Assembly (NCBI GenBank): GCA_964291415.2
Contig: OZ219920.1
Span: forward strand, 544,001-608,000
Direction of reading: 5' to 3'
From: Alphaproteobacteria bacterium
GTDB lineage: Bacteria; Pseudomonadota; Alphaproteobacteria; SP197
Length of the DNA: 64,000 bases
Shown here: positions 17,984 through 28,084 of the stretch, one piece after another
Position numbering within the stretch: the stretch's first letter is position 1
Layout of the letters: the number at the start of each line of letters is the position of its first letter
Notes under the pieces: model-generated
Told to the model about the DNA's origin: nothing
The model's input: the letters and a program-made list of their open reading frames with translations, nothing else
Databases searched by the model: none
Translations under genes and position numbers: made by a program

Positions 17984-19924
17984 TCACGCCTGACTCCCGG
18001 GACCTCGTCTTCGGGACGACGGGTCCTCTCCAGCCAATCCCTCCAGCAACAGCACCTCGACGGGAGCGGCGCGCCCCTTGACCGGAATCGTGCCGGCCGG
18101 TGTCGCGGCAAAGTCGCTGCCCGCGTCACGGGCGGTATCGGCGCTGATGGCGATGGCCACCTCGGCCAGGGGCGCGATGTCCCGGCCAAGCTGCTCGAGT
18201 CGCTGGGCGACGTTCACCGTGTCGCCGATCACCGTGTAGTTCAGCCTCGTCGGGCTGCCGATGTTGGCCACGGTCGCCTGGCCGGAGTGGATGCCGATGC
18301 GCATTCGCATGGCCCTGTTTCCGGATGCCTCGCGTTCCCGGTTGTCCTCCTCGATGCGCCGCCGGATGGCGAGAGCGGCAAGGCACGCGCGCCTGGCACG
18401 GTGCTTCTGCTTCTCCGGTGCGCCCCAGAACGCCATGACCCCGTCGCCGATGAACTTGTCGACGGTGCCGCCCTCGGCCTCGATCTCCGCCGTCAGGATC
18501 GAGAAGTGATGGTTGAGCAGGGCCGTGACCCCGGCCGCGCTCATGCCCTCCGACACCGTGGAATAGCCGGCGATGTCGGTGAACATGACGGTGATGTTGC
18601 GGCGGTCCGATTCGAGCCCGGCCATGTCGCCGGCGTGCATGATCTGGCGGACCAGGGCCCGCGGGACATAGGCCTGGAACCATGTGAGCGCGCCGCTCAT
18701 GGAGTTGAAGGCGTCCGCCTGGCGATCGAGTTCGATGACGCGGCTGGGCGGCAGGGTCTCGAGGCGGTCAAGGTCCATGCGCCCGACCAGATGGGCGGCG
18801 GCAGACAGCCGTTCAAGGGGGCGCGACAGGCGTCGCCCGATCAGCATCGCGACGATGAGCGAGATGAGGATGGCTGTCACTCCGATGACGACGGAATTGA
18901 CCAGGCGGCCGATTTCCTCGTCGAAGACCTCCGCGCGATAGTAGGCGCCGACCAGAAGCGGCACGGTGGTGTAGGCATCGATGGAGCGGTAGACGAAGAC
19001 CAGGGTCGTGCCGTCGATCTCCACCGTGTGGCTCTCCATGTCGGACGTTGCCGGCACGACGATGCGCCGGATCAGCCGGGCGGTGGTGAGCGTGCGCACC
19101 CGGCCCTGCATGTCGGTCGCCGGCAGGGCGATCCGTTCAAGGGTTGCAGGATCCCACATGCCGGCGAGACCGGCATCGGCAAAGCTCTCGAGGGCCGGCA
19201 GGGGATCGGCGGCGGAAAGACCGGGATAGCCGCCGGCCATCAGGCCGTGGGCAAGGACCCGGTCGCGGCCGAAGAGGGCAAAGACCTGGCTGCGCAAGTC
19301 CGCGACGGCGGGCGCCATGCGTGCCGACAGCTGCTCGATGCTGATGGCGGTGACCAGCGCCCCGAGGACTTCGCCGCCGCGCCGGACCGGCCAAACGAGC
19401 GTCAGGATCGTGATGTCGTAGTCGGCTCTCCAGCTCGGCGGCATCCAGAATGGCCCGTCGCCGGCCGCGGCCCTCGCGAGCGCTTCCACGGCGATCGGGT
19501 CGTCTCCGGACGGGACATGGTAAATCCGGGCAGGGGGATCGAGACGGTCGACGATCACGGCCTCGCCGCCCGGAAAGATGAAGGCATGCCCGGCGATGGC
19601 CGGATCGGCGGCCATGGCGCCCGTCAGCAGCGATCCCAGACGCGCGCCGTCGTCGACATCGACCTTGCCGGTTTCCAGCATGCCGGCAACGAAGGCGGTC
19701 TGGGTTCTGGCAGCGGCAAGATGCCGGTCGATCTCGCGCACGACGAGCGACACACCGAGTTCCGCCTCCTTGCGAAGGAGGTCGATGGTGTTTCGGGTGG
19801 CGCCCGTCACGGTGATGCCCAGCACGGCAGCCATGGAAACGGTGATGAGCGTGCCGAAACAGACCGACAGGACCAGCGACATCGACAGTCGCCAGCGCTT
19901 CTCCCGTCCCGCACGTGTCTCCAC
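17984..19924 (-). CDS. Membrane class III adenylate/guanylate cyclase (2 TM, Cache-like, HAMP)
   Basis: VMFTDIAGYS, VDKFIGDGVMAFWG, RIGIHSG, YTVIGDTVNVAQRLE. Confidence 0.95.
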   Translation of the reverse strand: METRAGREKRWRLSMSLVLSVCFGTLITVSMAAVLGITVTGATRNTIDLLRKEAELGVSLVVREIDRHLAAARTQTAFVAGMLETGKVDVDDGARLGSLLTGAMAADPAIAGHAFIFPGGEAVIVDRLDPPARIYHVPSGDDPIAVEALARAAAGDGPFWMPPSWRADYDITILTLVWPVRRGGEVLGALVTAISIEQLSARMAPAVADLRSQVFALFGRDRVLAHGLMAGGYPGLSAADPLPALESFADAGLAGMWDPATLERIALPATDMQGRVRTLTTARLIRRIVVPATSDMESHTVEIDGTTLVFVYRSIDAYTTVPLLVGAYYRAEVFDEEIGRLVNSVVIGVTAILISLIVAMLIGRRLSRPLERLSAAAHLVGRMDLDRLETLPPSRVIELDRQADAFNSMSGALTWFQAYVPRALVRQIMHAGDMAGLESDRRNITVMFTDIAGYSTVSEGMSAAGVTALLNHHFSILTAEIEAEGGTVDKFIGDGVMAFWGAPEKQKHRARRACLAALAIRRRIEEDNREREASGNRAMRMRIGIHSGQATVANIGSPTRLNYTVIGDTVNVAQRLEQLGRDIAPLAEVAIAISADTARDAGSDFAATPAGTIPVKGRAAPVEVLLLEGLAGEDPSSRRRGPGSQA

Positions 19925-20041
19925 AATGGTGCTCCAGTCCGGTTATCCAAGGAGACGCAAGGGTAGCAACCATCGCACCCTTCGTCCGGCAGTTGATTCA
20001 TCCACAGTCCTCGTTCGGTTGGTTTCCACAAGGAGTCTAGG

Positions 20042-21460
20042 ATGCCGGCAACCTCCCCGGGACTAGAGGAGCAGGGTGTGCCACGACTGCCGGACACGTT
20101 CGCGTACTACTTCGAGCCCCGCATGGCCCGCATCTTCCTCCTGGGAATCATCAGCGGGTTCCCGTGGGTCCTGATCGGCAGCAGCCTCAATCTCTGGCTC
20201 CAGGAGGACGGTCTTTCCCGCAGCACCATAGGCTGGGCCGGCCTCATCTTCGGCGTCTACGCCTTCAACTTCCTGTGGGCACCGCTCATTGACCGCATCC
20301 GGATGCCGTGGCTCACGGACCGGATCGGCCACCGGCGCGCCTGGATCGTCGTCCTCCAGGCGGTCATTCTCGCAAGTCTGGTCGTCTGGAGTCTCATCGA
20401 TCCGCTGGCCAACCTTGCAGCGGTCATCGGTGTCGGCCTCGTCATCGCCATCGCCTCGGCAACCCAGGACATCACCATCGATGCCCTGAGGATCGAGCAG
20501 ATCGGCCAGGCGGAAGGCGAGGCGATGGCCGCCGGCGCGGCCACCGCCGTGGTGGGCTGGTGGACCGGCTACAAGATCGGCGGGATCATCGCGCTCGAGA
20601 CGGCCCAGCGCTTCCAGGACGCCGGTTTCGCCAACTACTGGCAGATGACCTTCCTGGTGCTGGGAGCGGTGGTCATTGCCTGCAACATTGCCCTGATGTT
20701 CGTGCGCGAAGCGCCGGCCCACGAACGCCTGGCCCGTCAGGCCGACGACGAGAAACAGGTTGCGCGCACGTTGCCGGGTCCCCTTGCCTGGCTCGGCGCC
20801 ACCGTGGCCGGGCCGCTGATGAGTTTCTTCCGCAAGAACGGCCTTGCCATCGCCGTCGCCATCCTCGGCTTCATCTTCCTCTTCAAAATCGGCGAGGCCT
20901 TCCTCGGGCGCATGTCGCTCGTATTCTACAAGGAAGTCGGGTTCACCAAGTCGGACATCGCGCTCTATTCCAAGGGACTGGGCTGGATCACCACGCTTGC
21001 CTTTTCCGTCCTGGGCGGGCTCCTCGCCATCCGCATCGGTCTCATCCGCGCGATGTTCGTCTCCGGCCTTGCCATGGCGGCGACCAACCTGCTCTTCGCG
21101 CTGCTGGCCTGGACCGGGCGCTCGGAACTCCTCTTCGCAGTCGCCGTGGTCATGGACGACCTGACGAGCGCCTTCGCCACGGTGACCTTCGTCGCCTTCA
21201 TCTCGATGCTGGTCGATCGCACCTACACGGCGACGCAGTACGCCCTGATGGCCTCCATCGGCACCGCCGGCAGGACCCTCTTTGCCGCCTCGTCGGGCGA
21301 ACTCGTCGACTGGCTCGAGGGCGACTGGGGCACGTTTTTCGTCATCACCACCCTCATGGTGCTCCCCTCGCTCGTCTGCCTCTTCCTCATCCGCTCGCGC
21401 CTCGCCGCCATGCTGGCAGGCGCACGCGTCCGGCTCTTCACGAAGGAGGCGGAATCCTGA
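20042..21460 (+). CDS. ampG: AmpG-family muropeptide MFS permease
   Basis: LGIISGFPW, FLWAPLID, SATQDITIDALRIE, YTATQYAL; the start may be GTG 20078. Confidence 0.92.
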   Translation: MPATSPGLEEQGVPRLPDTFAYYFEPRMARIFLLGIISGFPWVLIGSSLNLWLQEDGLSRSTIGWAGLIFGVYAFNFLWAPLIDRIRMPWLTDRIGHRRAWIVVLQAVILASLVVWSLIDPLANLAAVIGVGLVIAIASATQDITIDALRIEQIGQAEGEAMAAGAATAVVGWWTGYKIGGIIALETAQRFQDAGFANYWQMTFLVLGAVVIACNIALMFVREAPAHERLARQADDEKQVARTLPGPLAWLGATVAGPLMSFFRKNGLAIAVAILGFIFLFKIGEAFLGRMSLVFYKEVGFTKSDIALYSKGLGWITTLAFSVLGGLLAIRIGLIRAMFVSGLAMAATNLLFALLAWTGRSELLFAVAVVMDDLTSAFATVTFVAFISMLVDRTYTATQYALMASIGTAGRTLFAASSGELVDWLEGDWGTFFVITTLMVLPSLVCLFLIRSRLAAMLAGARVRLFTKEAES

Positions 21461-21461
21461 T
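21318..21461 (+). repeat. ampG 3' end, copy 1 of a 144-bp direct repeat
   Basis: Matches 22790-22933 with about 8 mismatches counted by eye. Confidence 0.95.
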
Positions 21462-21755
21462 CTAAGGATCACCGCGCGCTCGTCATCGACCGGCCTCTCA
21501 AAGTCTGTAGCGACTTTTCGAGGCCTCGTCCGACGAGGCGACCGACGCGGCTCTCGAGACGCAGCGGGGCAGGGGCGGCAATGACCTTTCGGTTGCAGCC
21601 ATGCAACCCGAGGCGTCCTGGGGACGCAATGGCGGCGCCTGCACGAACGCATCCGAACCATTCACCGAATACCCGCCAACCCGCCAGGCGCCAGAACCGA
21701 CACTTGGACGTTCCCGGGATGCACTCCATTGTGATAGCGTATATGCTGTCAAGTT

Positions 21756-22184
21756 ATGGAGAAGAAGATTGTCTCGGGCACGTATGTTCTTGTCTCCGCG
21801 GTTCTTTCTCCTGATGGCGCGGCGCGGGAAGTCCTGCGGCGGTGCCTTGTCGGCGCCGCCCAACCGTTGATCGGCAACGCATTGTTCCTGGAGTACGAGG
21901 ATGTCCTGTCGAGAGAGGAGTTGTTCGCCGAGGCGCTGATCGGTTCGCAAGAGCGTACGGCACTGATGGATGCCGTGCTGGGCGTCTGCCAGTGGATTAA
22001 CATTTCCTATCTTTGGCACCCGAACCTCCGGGACGAGTCCGACAATCACCTGGTGGAGTTGGCGGTTGCTGGGAATGCGGCGTGGATTGTGACAGGCAAT
22101 GCGAGGGATGCCGCAGAGGGGGAGCTCGTTTTCGATGGCTTCCAGGTTGTCACACCGGGGGAATGGCTGAAGGGAGACTATTGA
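21756..22184 (+). CDS. PIN-family putative toxin (first catalytic motif degenerate)
   Basis: EYEDVLSR, LRDESDNHLVELAV, IVTGNARD; the N-terminal DTNV is replaced by GTYV. Confidence 0.85.
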   Translation: MEKKIVSGTYVLVSAVLSPDGAAREVLRRCLVGAAQPLIGNALFLEYEDVLSREELFAEALIGSQERTALMDAVLGVCQWINISYLWHPNLRDESDNHLVELAVAGNAAWIVTGNARDAAEGELVFDGFQVVTPGEWLKGDY

Positions 22185-22185
22185 C

Positions 22186-22416
22186 ATGGCAACGCTGACG
22201 ATCCGGCTTCCCGATGCGCACCGCGACCGTTTGGCGGCGATGGCTGCGCAGCGTGGCGTGAGCATGAACAAGCTGATGGCAGAGCTCTCGGTGCGGGCGT
22301 TGGCCGAACACGACACCGAAATGCGGTTCCGGATGCGCGCAGCGCGCGGCGATACCGAACGTGGTTTGAAGTTGCTTGCCGAACTCGACCGTCGGCACGC
22401 GCAGTCGAATACGTGA
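22186..22416 (+). CDS. Ribbon-helix-helix antitoxin
   Basis: MATLTIRLPD..RDRL...A..RGVSMNKL; 1 nt after the PIN stop. Confidence 0.85.
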   Translation: MATLTIRLPDAHRDRLAAMAAQRGVSMNKLMAELSVRALAEHDTEMRFRMRAARGDTERGLKLLAELDRRHAQSNT

Positions 22417-22537
22417 GGGACCCGCGAGTCTTTCGATTGACGCGATCTGTCCGGTCCGGTCCATGCCGTGTTCTCGACTCGTCGAAAGCATGCTGGAAGA
22501 GGTGTGCCGACGCGATCTGCGCAAGGGATAATCGACC

Positions 22538-22789
22538 ATGGCCATGCTGACCGTGCGCAACCTGCCCGGACGAGGTGCATCGCGCTTTGGCGTGTGCGGG
22601 CGGCTCTGAGCGGCCGCAGCATCGAGGCCGAAGTACGCGCCATTCTCGAGGAAACACTTCTGCCGGAAGGGCGGGCCGCCATGGGGCACTGCTGACCGCC
22701 ATCCGCCGGCGCGCCGAGTTGAAGGACGGCGATGTTGCAGGATTCGCGCAACACGCCGCCGCTCTGGTCCGACCGATCGATCCGGCGCC
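22538..22789 (+). pseudogene. FitA/StbC-like RHH antitoxin pseudogene
   Basis: MAMLTVRNLP/DEVHRAL/RVRAALSGRSIEAEVRAIL split across frames. Confidence 0.75.
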
Positions 22790-22933
22790 AGGGTGACTGG
22801 GGCACACTCTTCGTCATCACCACCCTCATGGTGCTCCCCTCGCTGGTCTGCCTCTTCCTCATCCGCTCGCGCCTCGCCGCCATGCTGGCAGGCGCGCGCG
22901 TCCGGCTCTTCACGAAAGAGACGGAATCCTGAT
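22790..22933 (+). repeat. ampG 3' end, copy 2
   Basis: Encodes GDWGTLFVITTLMVLPSLVCLFLIRSRLAAMLAGARVRLFTKETES*. Confidence 0.95.
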
Positions 22934-22997
22934 TGACGTCAGAGGAGATCAATCTGGCAGGGATTCTGAGCCACCCGGCCCTCGAATCCGGATTGGA

Positions 22998-23257
22998 TCA
23001 ATCCGTCGTCGGCGCGAGGGGCCCTATGATTGTTACCGGGTCGCTGTCGAATACCGCCAGCAGTACCCGAGCTGACCGGCCGGGAACCCGGCGTCCCTGC
23101 TGCCAATCGATCGGCAAATGTCTGCCGGCTGAGGTGCAGGCGCTTGCGCGGGGCGACAATCCGATACGGCCTTGCCTCAAACATGGGCGAGGGTCTCGCC
23201 AAATGCTTCCTCAATCACAAGGCTGGCACCTGCGCGTTCGGTACTCTTCCTTCCCAT
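22998..23257 (-). pseudogene. HigA-like XRE HTH antitoxin pseudogene
   Basis: RKRLHLSRQTFADR and DWQQGRRVPGRSARVLLAV lie in different frames; internal stop. Confidence 0.65.
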
Positions 23258-23348
23258 CCTCCCCATTCGGTGTTCGTCACCGGCCGTGCCTACGCCTTGC
23301 GGTCCGCCGTCCTTGGCTCACCGATGTTCCGCAAGATGTCTGCTCACC

Positions 23349-23633
23349 CTACTTACCAACGATCAACGCGCGCCTGACTGCCTCCGGTTCCTTCTGGATA
23401 ACGCGCAGGAGTGCTGCCGCAGGGCCGCTGATCCGCCGCGTTCCCTGCTCCCAATTTCTGTAGCCAGACAGGCTCATGCCCATCAAGGGGGCCATCTGAG
23501 CCTGAGTGAGCTTCGCCTGCTTGCGGACATCGCACGGGGTCACGGGTGCATGAACCACAGAAGGGCCTTCGCCCTTGGCATGGACCAGCGCCTCGTTGAG
23601 AGACTGGATCAGATCGTCTGCGAACGTACTCAT
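23349..23633 (-). CDS. HigA-like XRE HTH antitoxin
   Basis: DLIQSLNEAL...LTQAQMAPLMGMSLSGYRNWEQGTRR.SGPA.ALLRVI. Confidence 0.9.
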   Translation of the reverse strand: MSTFADDLIQSLNEALVHAKGEGPSVVHAPVTPCDVRKQAKLTQAQMAPLMGMSLSGYRNWEQGTRRISGPAAALLRVIQKEPEAVRRALIVGK

Positions 23634-23958
23634 GGCTTCTCCTTTCGGGCTCTCGTGATCGCCGCAGCGATCCGGGCTTCTTGGCGCCGCTCTGCCGGGT
23701 TCAGGTCCGTTCTGGCGGGGCGAGGAGCGCATGGACTGGTATGTCCTCACCACCACAGAAACAGATCAAACGCGCACCGCCTCGCTTGCCTCGGCCCAAC
23801 GCTGCAGACCGCAGCGTTCGGACGCCGCCCGTTCCTGGAATCTCGTCGCCTGGCGCGGAGGCTTCGGCCGGATAGTCGATCAGTGCCTTCCGTTCCTCCT
23901 CGCTGAACAGTCTGTCAGTCCGGTGCGTGAATGTCGGGGTCTCGGCGACGGCTTGCAT
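23630..23958 (-). pseudogene. HigB/RelE-like toxin, frameshifted near the C-terminus
   Basis: ETPTF...GDEIPGTGGVRTLR...GRGKRGGARL; it stops at 23701 while the expected tail continues in another frame up to the antitoxin start. Confidence 0.75.
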
Positions 23959-24181
23959 GGATCCATGATCTAACCCAATGGTGTAGATCCGTTACGGATT
24001 GAACGAAGGCCGCTTCGCGGCCATGGGTGCCGTGATCGGGTTCCAGTTCTGTCAGTCCGGTGCGTGAATGTCGGGGTCTCGGCGACGGCTTGCATGGATC
24101 CATGATCTAACCCAATGGTGTAGATCCGTTACGGATTGAACGAAGGCCGCTTCGCGGCCATGGGTGCCGTGATCGGGTTCC
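23911..24181. repeat. Perfect 134-bp tandem duplication (23911-24044, 24048-24181)
   Basis: Directly visible; covers the toxin promoter/operator and the first 16 codons. Confidence 0.95.
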
Positions 24182-24299
24182 GTGTCGCGTGATCAACGTG
24201 AGTGGTGTGGAGGGAGCAGGATCCTTGCTGTTCCGATGATCTGAGAGGGGATTCACACGTCCTGGTCTCCCGACTGTTCGGGAGGACGATCAACCAGGA

Positions 24300-24630
24300 A
24301 GTGAGAGAGGAAGGTAAGGGACGTATCCCCTCTTTGCCAGAAGACCCCCGACGGCCTGCCGATGCACAGCTTCCGCACCCTCATCGACGATCTCGCCAGC
24401 GTCGTCGTCAACGTCATCCGCCTGCCGGGCGCCGGCCAGAAACGCACCACCATCGTCACCCGGAGGATCCGGCTGCAGAGCCGCGCCTTCGAACTCCTCG
24501 AGGTCAACCCCGACCGCACTGTTCCCATAAACCTGACAGGTTGAGACCGCGCTCCTCAGTCCAACAATGGCGTCGAGTCATAACGTTGGGAGACGATTGG
24601 CCTCTTCAAACCCGATGAAGCTACGACTAA
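24300..24630 (+). mobile_element. IS1634-family 3' fragment with right IR
   Basis: HSFRTLIDDLAS...LQSRAFELLEV; CGATGAAGCTACGACTAA (24613-24630) is an imperfect inverted match to 39959-39976. Confidence 0.75.
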
Positions 24631-25039
24631 ACAGAGACCCAACACGGCGGATGAGCTCGATGCCCTCGTCGAGGGAACCGAGGACGGCGTCGAGCCAGTC
24701 CTGCCGCACTTTTGCCTCGCGGTCCTCCCGGCGGCGATGGATTGTCAGTGTCGGCGCGGCCTTGGCACAGCGCGAGCTGGCGACGGAGATTCCCCTGACC
24801 GCGATCTCGTTGACCCCGGCTACGGCGAGCTGTTTGTCGCCCCATGCGAGCATGCGGTTGAGGTTGTCGACCTTCTGTTCGTAGGGTGGCGTCGAGCCGC
24901 CGTGGTCGAGGGCGCGCCGGTTCCGGGCCTCGAGCTCGTCGCGGAGCCCGCGGTAGGCATCCTGGAGGAGTTCATAGCTGGTGCGGCGGAAGCGGAGATC
25001 GCCGTCACGCGTGTCGTCGAACTCGTAGCGATAGCTCAT
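24578..25039 (-). CDS. Hypothetical protein, 3' end probably truncated by the IS1634 end
   Basis: Plausible codon usage; the last 18 codons lie inside the IS end. Confidence 0.5.
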   Translation of the reverse strand: MSYRYEFDDTRDGDLRFRRTSYELLQDAYRGLRDELEARNRRALDHGGSTPPYEQKVDNLNRMLAWGDKQLAVAGVNEIAVRGISVASSRCAKAAPTLTIHRRREDREAKVRQDWLDAVLGSLDEGIELIRRVGSLFSRSFIGFEEANRLPTL

Positions 25040-25143
25040 GATGGTGCCGGGCTGGTGGACTGGACGAAGGGTTTCCGGACAGGCTGGCCGTGACTCGGGG
25101 ATGCTTGCGGGTTTGAAGATACCCCCATTATGCGTCTAGCAAG

Positions 25144-25202
25144 TGACGAAATTCGGAGCATGTCGAACTTGAAAGCGGTTTGAGAGATCATTAATTTCGT
25201 TA
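25144..25202. promoter_or_regulatory. Inverted repeat in the abiEi promoter region
   Basis: TGACGAAATT (25144-25153) ... AATTTCGTTA (25193-25202); AbiEi proteins autoregulate through promoter IRs. Confidence 0.45.
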
Positions 25203-25204
25203 TC

Positions 25205-26083
25205 ATGAGATACCAAAAACGCCCAATGCTAAACCATCTTCACCGGCTGCTGCCGGAAGGGCTGGTTGCGGACGCCGGCTGGTTCACCCGCCTGGGCTAC
25301 CCGAGCTCTCTGCGCAGCCGCTATTGCGCCAGCGGTTGGCTGGAACCTGTGGCGCGGGGGGTGTTTCGGCGCCCGCTGCACAAGCCGGGGATTGAGGCGA
25401 CAACAGTGCCGCTGCGCTGGCAACATATCGTGGTTTCGCTGCAGATGGTGCTGGAACAACCGGTCGCGGTGGGCGGGCGCACGGCGCTGGAACTGCACGG
25501 CTTCGCGCACTACCTGCCGAGCGAGGGGCCGCGGGAGGTTCACCTTTACGGAGACGAACGGGCGCCGGGATGGCTCAGCAAGCTGCCCATCGTCACGCCC
25601 TTCGTCTTTCACAATGCCCGCAAGCTGTTTCGCGTTGAGCCGATCGCGGCCGGTCTCGAACGGCTCAAGTCGGCGATGGCCGTTGAGGGGCCGTCGCACC
25701 AGGCACAGATCCATGGCAGCTTGACTTGGCGGCACTTCGGCGACGGGGACTGGCCCATCGTGATGTCGACGCCGGAACGGGCGGTACTGGAACTGCTGGA
25801 CGAGCTTCCCGGCGGGGAGACGTTCCACCAGGTCGACATGCTCATGGAAGGTCTGGCCGGTCTCAGCCCGAAGCGCACCAGCCGTCTGCTCGGGGAATGC
25901 CGAAGCGTCAAGGTGAAGCGCCTGTTTCTGTGGTTTGCCGAACGCCACGGGCATCCGTGGCTCGATCGCCTCGACCGCGACGGGATCGATCTCGGCAAGG
26001 GAAAGCGTATGCTGGTGCGGGGCGGCAAGCTCGACACGAAGTACCAGATCACGGTTCCGGAAGACCTCGATGCCGGTGGATGA
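25205..26083 (+). CDS. abiEi: Type IV TA antitoxin AbiEi-like
   Basis: GWLEPVARGVF, VGGRTALELHG, STPERAVLELL, CRSVKVKRLFLW. Confidence 0.92.
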   Translation: MRYQKRPMLNHLHRLLPEGLVADAGWFTRLGYPSSLRSRYCASGWLEPVARGVFRRPLHKPGIEATTVPLRWQHIVVSLQMVLEQPVAVGGRTALELHGFAHYLPSEGPREVHLYGDERAPGWLSKLPIVTPFVFHNARKLFRVEPIAAGLERLKSAMAVEGPSHQAQIHGSLTWRHFGDGDWPIVMSTPERAVLELLDELPGGETFHQVDMLMEGLAGLSPKRTSRLLGECRSVKVKRLFLWFAERHGHPWLDRLDRDGIDLGKGKRMLVRGGKLDTKYQITVPEDLDAGG

Positions 26084-27041
26084 GCGATACCGGCGGCAGG
26101 TCGAGCTGCTGGTGCGCACCCTGCCTTACGTTGCCCAGGAGAGGTGCTTCGCGCTGAAGGGCGGGACGGCGATCAACCTGTTCTTCCGAAACCTTCCCCG
26201 GCTGTCGGTCGACATCGACCTCACCTATCTGCCGGTGGCTGACCGGGCACGGTCGCTTGCGGACATCGAGGCCGCGCTGCGACAAATCGGTGAGCGTATC
26301 GAAGGCGCCCTTGCATTCGCCCGCGTTCAGACCGGAGTGCTGAAAGAGGAAGGCACGGTCAACAAGCTCTTCATCCGCGAACGCGGCACGCAGATCAAGG
26401 TCGAGGTCACGCCGGTGTTGCGCGGCTGCGTGTTCGAGGCGGAGGAAAAGGCGGTCTCGGATGCGGTTGAGGAGCAGTTCGGCTTTGCCGCCATTCAGGT
26501 GGTGTCGTTCCCGGACCTGTTCGCCGGCAAGCTGGTGGCGGCGCTCGACCGTCAACATCCGCGTGACCTGTTCGACGTCCATGATCTGCTGTCGAACGAG
26601 GGGATCGACGGCGAGCTCCGCACCGCCTTCATCGTCTACCTGGTGAGCCATCATCGGCCGATCGAGAGGCTGTTGGCGCCGGTGCGCCGGGACATGCGCG
26701 AAGAGTTCGAGCGTGGTCTGGCAGGGATGATGGAGGTTCCCGTCGCGCTGGACGTTCTGGAGCGGACCCGCGAGGAGCTGGTGGCCGCGATTGTCGGCCG
26801 CATGCCTGATGCCCACCGGGAGTTCCTGCTGTCCATCGCGGGCGGGGAACCGCAATGGTCGCTGCTTGGGATGCGCAGCGTCAGTAGCCTTCCCGCAGTG
26901 GAGTGGCGGATGAGGAAGCTCGCACAGCTCGACGAGAGGGAGCGATCGGCGATGGTCCGGAGGATCGAGGCGGCACTGACGGACAGGATCGATCGCGCCT
27001 CCATGCCGACGCCTACTGGTCCCGGTGTTAGCTGTGGATAA
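26070..27041 (+). CDS. abiEii: AbiEii nucleotidyltransferase toxin
   Basis: FALKGGTAINLF..LPRLSVDIDL, GKLVAALDRQHPRDLFD. Confidence 0.94.
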   Translation: MPVDERYRRQVELLVRTLPYVAQERCFALKGGTAINLFFRNLPRLSVDIDLTYLPVADRARSLADIEAALRQIGERIEGALAFARVQTGVLKEEGTVNKLFIRERGTQIKVEVTPVLRGCVFEAEEKAVSDAVEEQFGFAAIQVVSFPDLFAGKLVAALDRQHPRDLFDVHDLLSNEGIDGELRTAFIVYLVSHHRPIERLLAPVRRDMREEFERGLAGMMEVPVALDVLERTREELVAAIVGRMPDAHREFLLSIAGGEPQWSLLGMRSVSSLPAVEWRMRKLAQLDERERSAMVRRIEAALTDRIDRASMPTPTGPGVSCG

Positions 27042-27920
27042 GTGGCCCGCCGCAGCGACCACCGGGAGTCTGGCGGAGGCGGACTGCCTATCCACAGCGG
27101 GCGGCGTGCGGCGAAGTCGTTGTCGGCGTCGGCGGTCATGATCCATCCTTTCATGTGGAAGGCCTTCCGCCAGCCCGTCATTGCGGCATTCCCGAAGGCC
27201 CCCGGACTGCCGCAGGATACGAATGCCTATCTCTCCTTCATCGATGACATGTATTGGAGTGACGCCTATCACTCGTTGTCGATCGAAGGATACCGTGTAA
27301 CGCCCGAACTGATCGAACAGGTGCGTGCAGGTGATTGGGACCCGCACGGGCATGACACCGACCGACAGACCCGCGATGCACTGGCCGCGCGCGGTTACTG
27401 GCAGGCATTTCAGGTTGTCCGAGAGACTGTCGGGCGAGTGATTGAGGGCGCGAATCCCGGCGCCTTGGCCCGTGCCGTTCATCGGGATTGGCATCGAGAA
27501 ATGTTTGAGCCCTGTGTTGCCGCAGGCCTGATCGAAGCTTCGGCGCTTGCCGGCTACCGGAACGACCCGGTTTTCCTGCGCGGATCGCGCCACGTTCCGC
27601 CCCGCTGGGAAGCCGTGCGTGACGCCATACCGGCGCTGTTCGACTTGCTGGAAAACGAACCCGAATCGTCGGTACGCGCCCTCCTGGGGCACTGGCTCTT
27701 CGGTTACATCCACCCCTATCTGGACGGCGACGGGCGCATGACACGCTTCCTCATGAACACAATGCTGGCCTCAGGCGGCTATCCATGGAACATCATCCGC
27801 GTGGAGCACCGCGATCCCTATTTCGCCGCGCTTGAATGCGCCAGCGTTCAACAGGACATAGAACCACTCGCGAGGTTTGTTGCCGACCAGGTGGTGTGGT
27901 CGATGGAGCACGCCAGCTGA
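27042..27920 (+). CDS. Fic-domain protein, probably N-terminally truncated
   Basis: DAYHSLSIEGY; Fic motif HPYLDGDGRMTR (Asn to Asp versus HPFxDGNGRxxR); start uncertain. Confidence 0.82.
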   Translation: MARRSDHRESGGGGLPIHSGRRAAKSLSASAVMIHPFMWKAFRQPVIAAFPKAPGLPQDTNAYLSFIDDMYWSDAYHSLSIEGYRVTPELIEQVRAGDWDPHGHDTDRQTRDALAARGYWQAFQVVRETVGRVIEGANPGALARAVHRDWHREMFEPCVAAGLIEASALAGYRNDPVFLRGSRHVPPRWEAVRDAIPALFDLLENEPESSVRALLGHWLFGYIHPYLDGDGRMTRFLMNTMLASGGYPWNIIRVEHRDPYFAALECASVQQDIEPLARFVADQVVWSMEHAS

Positions 27921-28084
27921 GCGCGCAGTCTTGCGGTGCTCGACGCTTCCTACCTTTCCCGCGATCCCGCTCCGCCCCGGGTAAGGTCCTCGCTGCTTTG
28001 CCTCACCCACCGTCACACCCGCTCCGGGCGTATGGGTCCCGACGCCGAATGGACCGCTATCGTGGCACGCCATTCAGTTCCACG

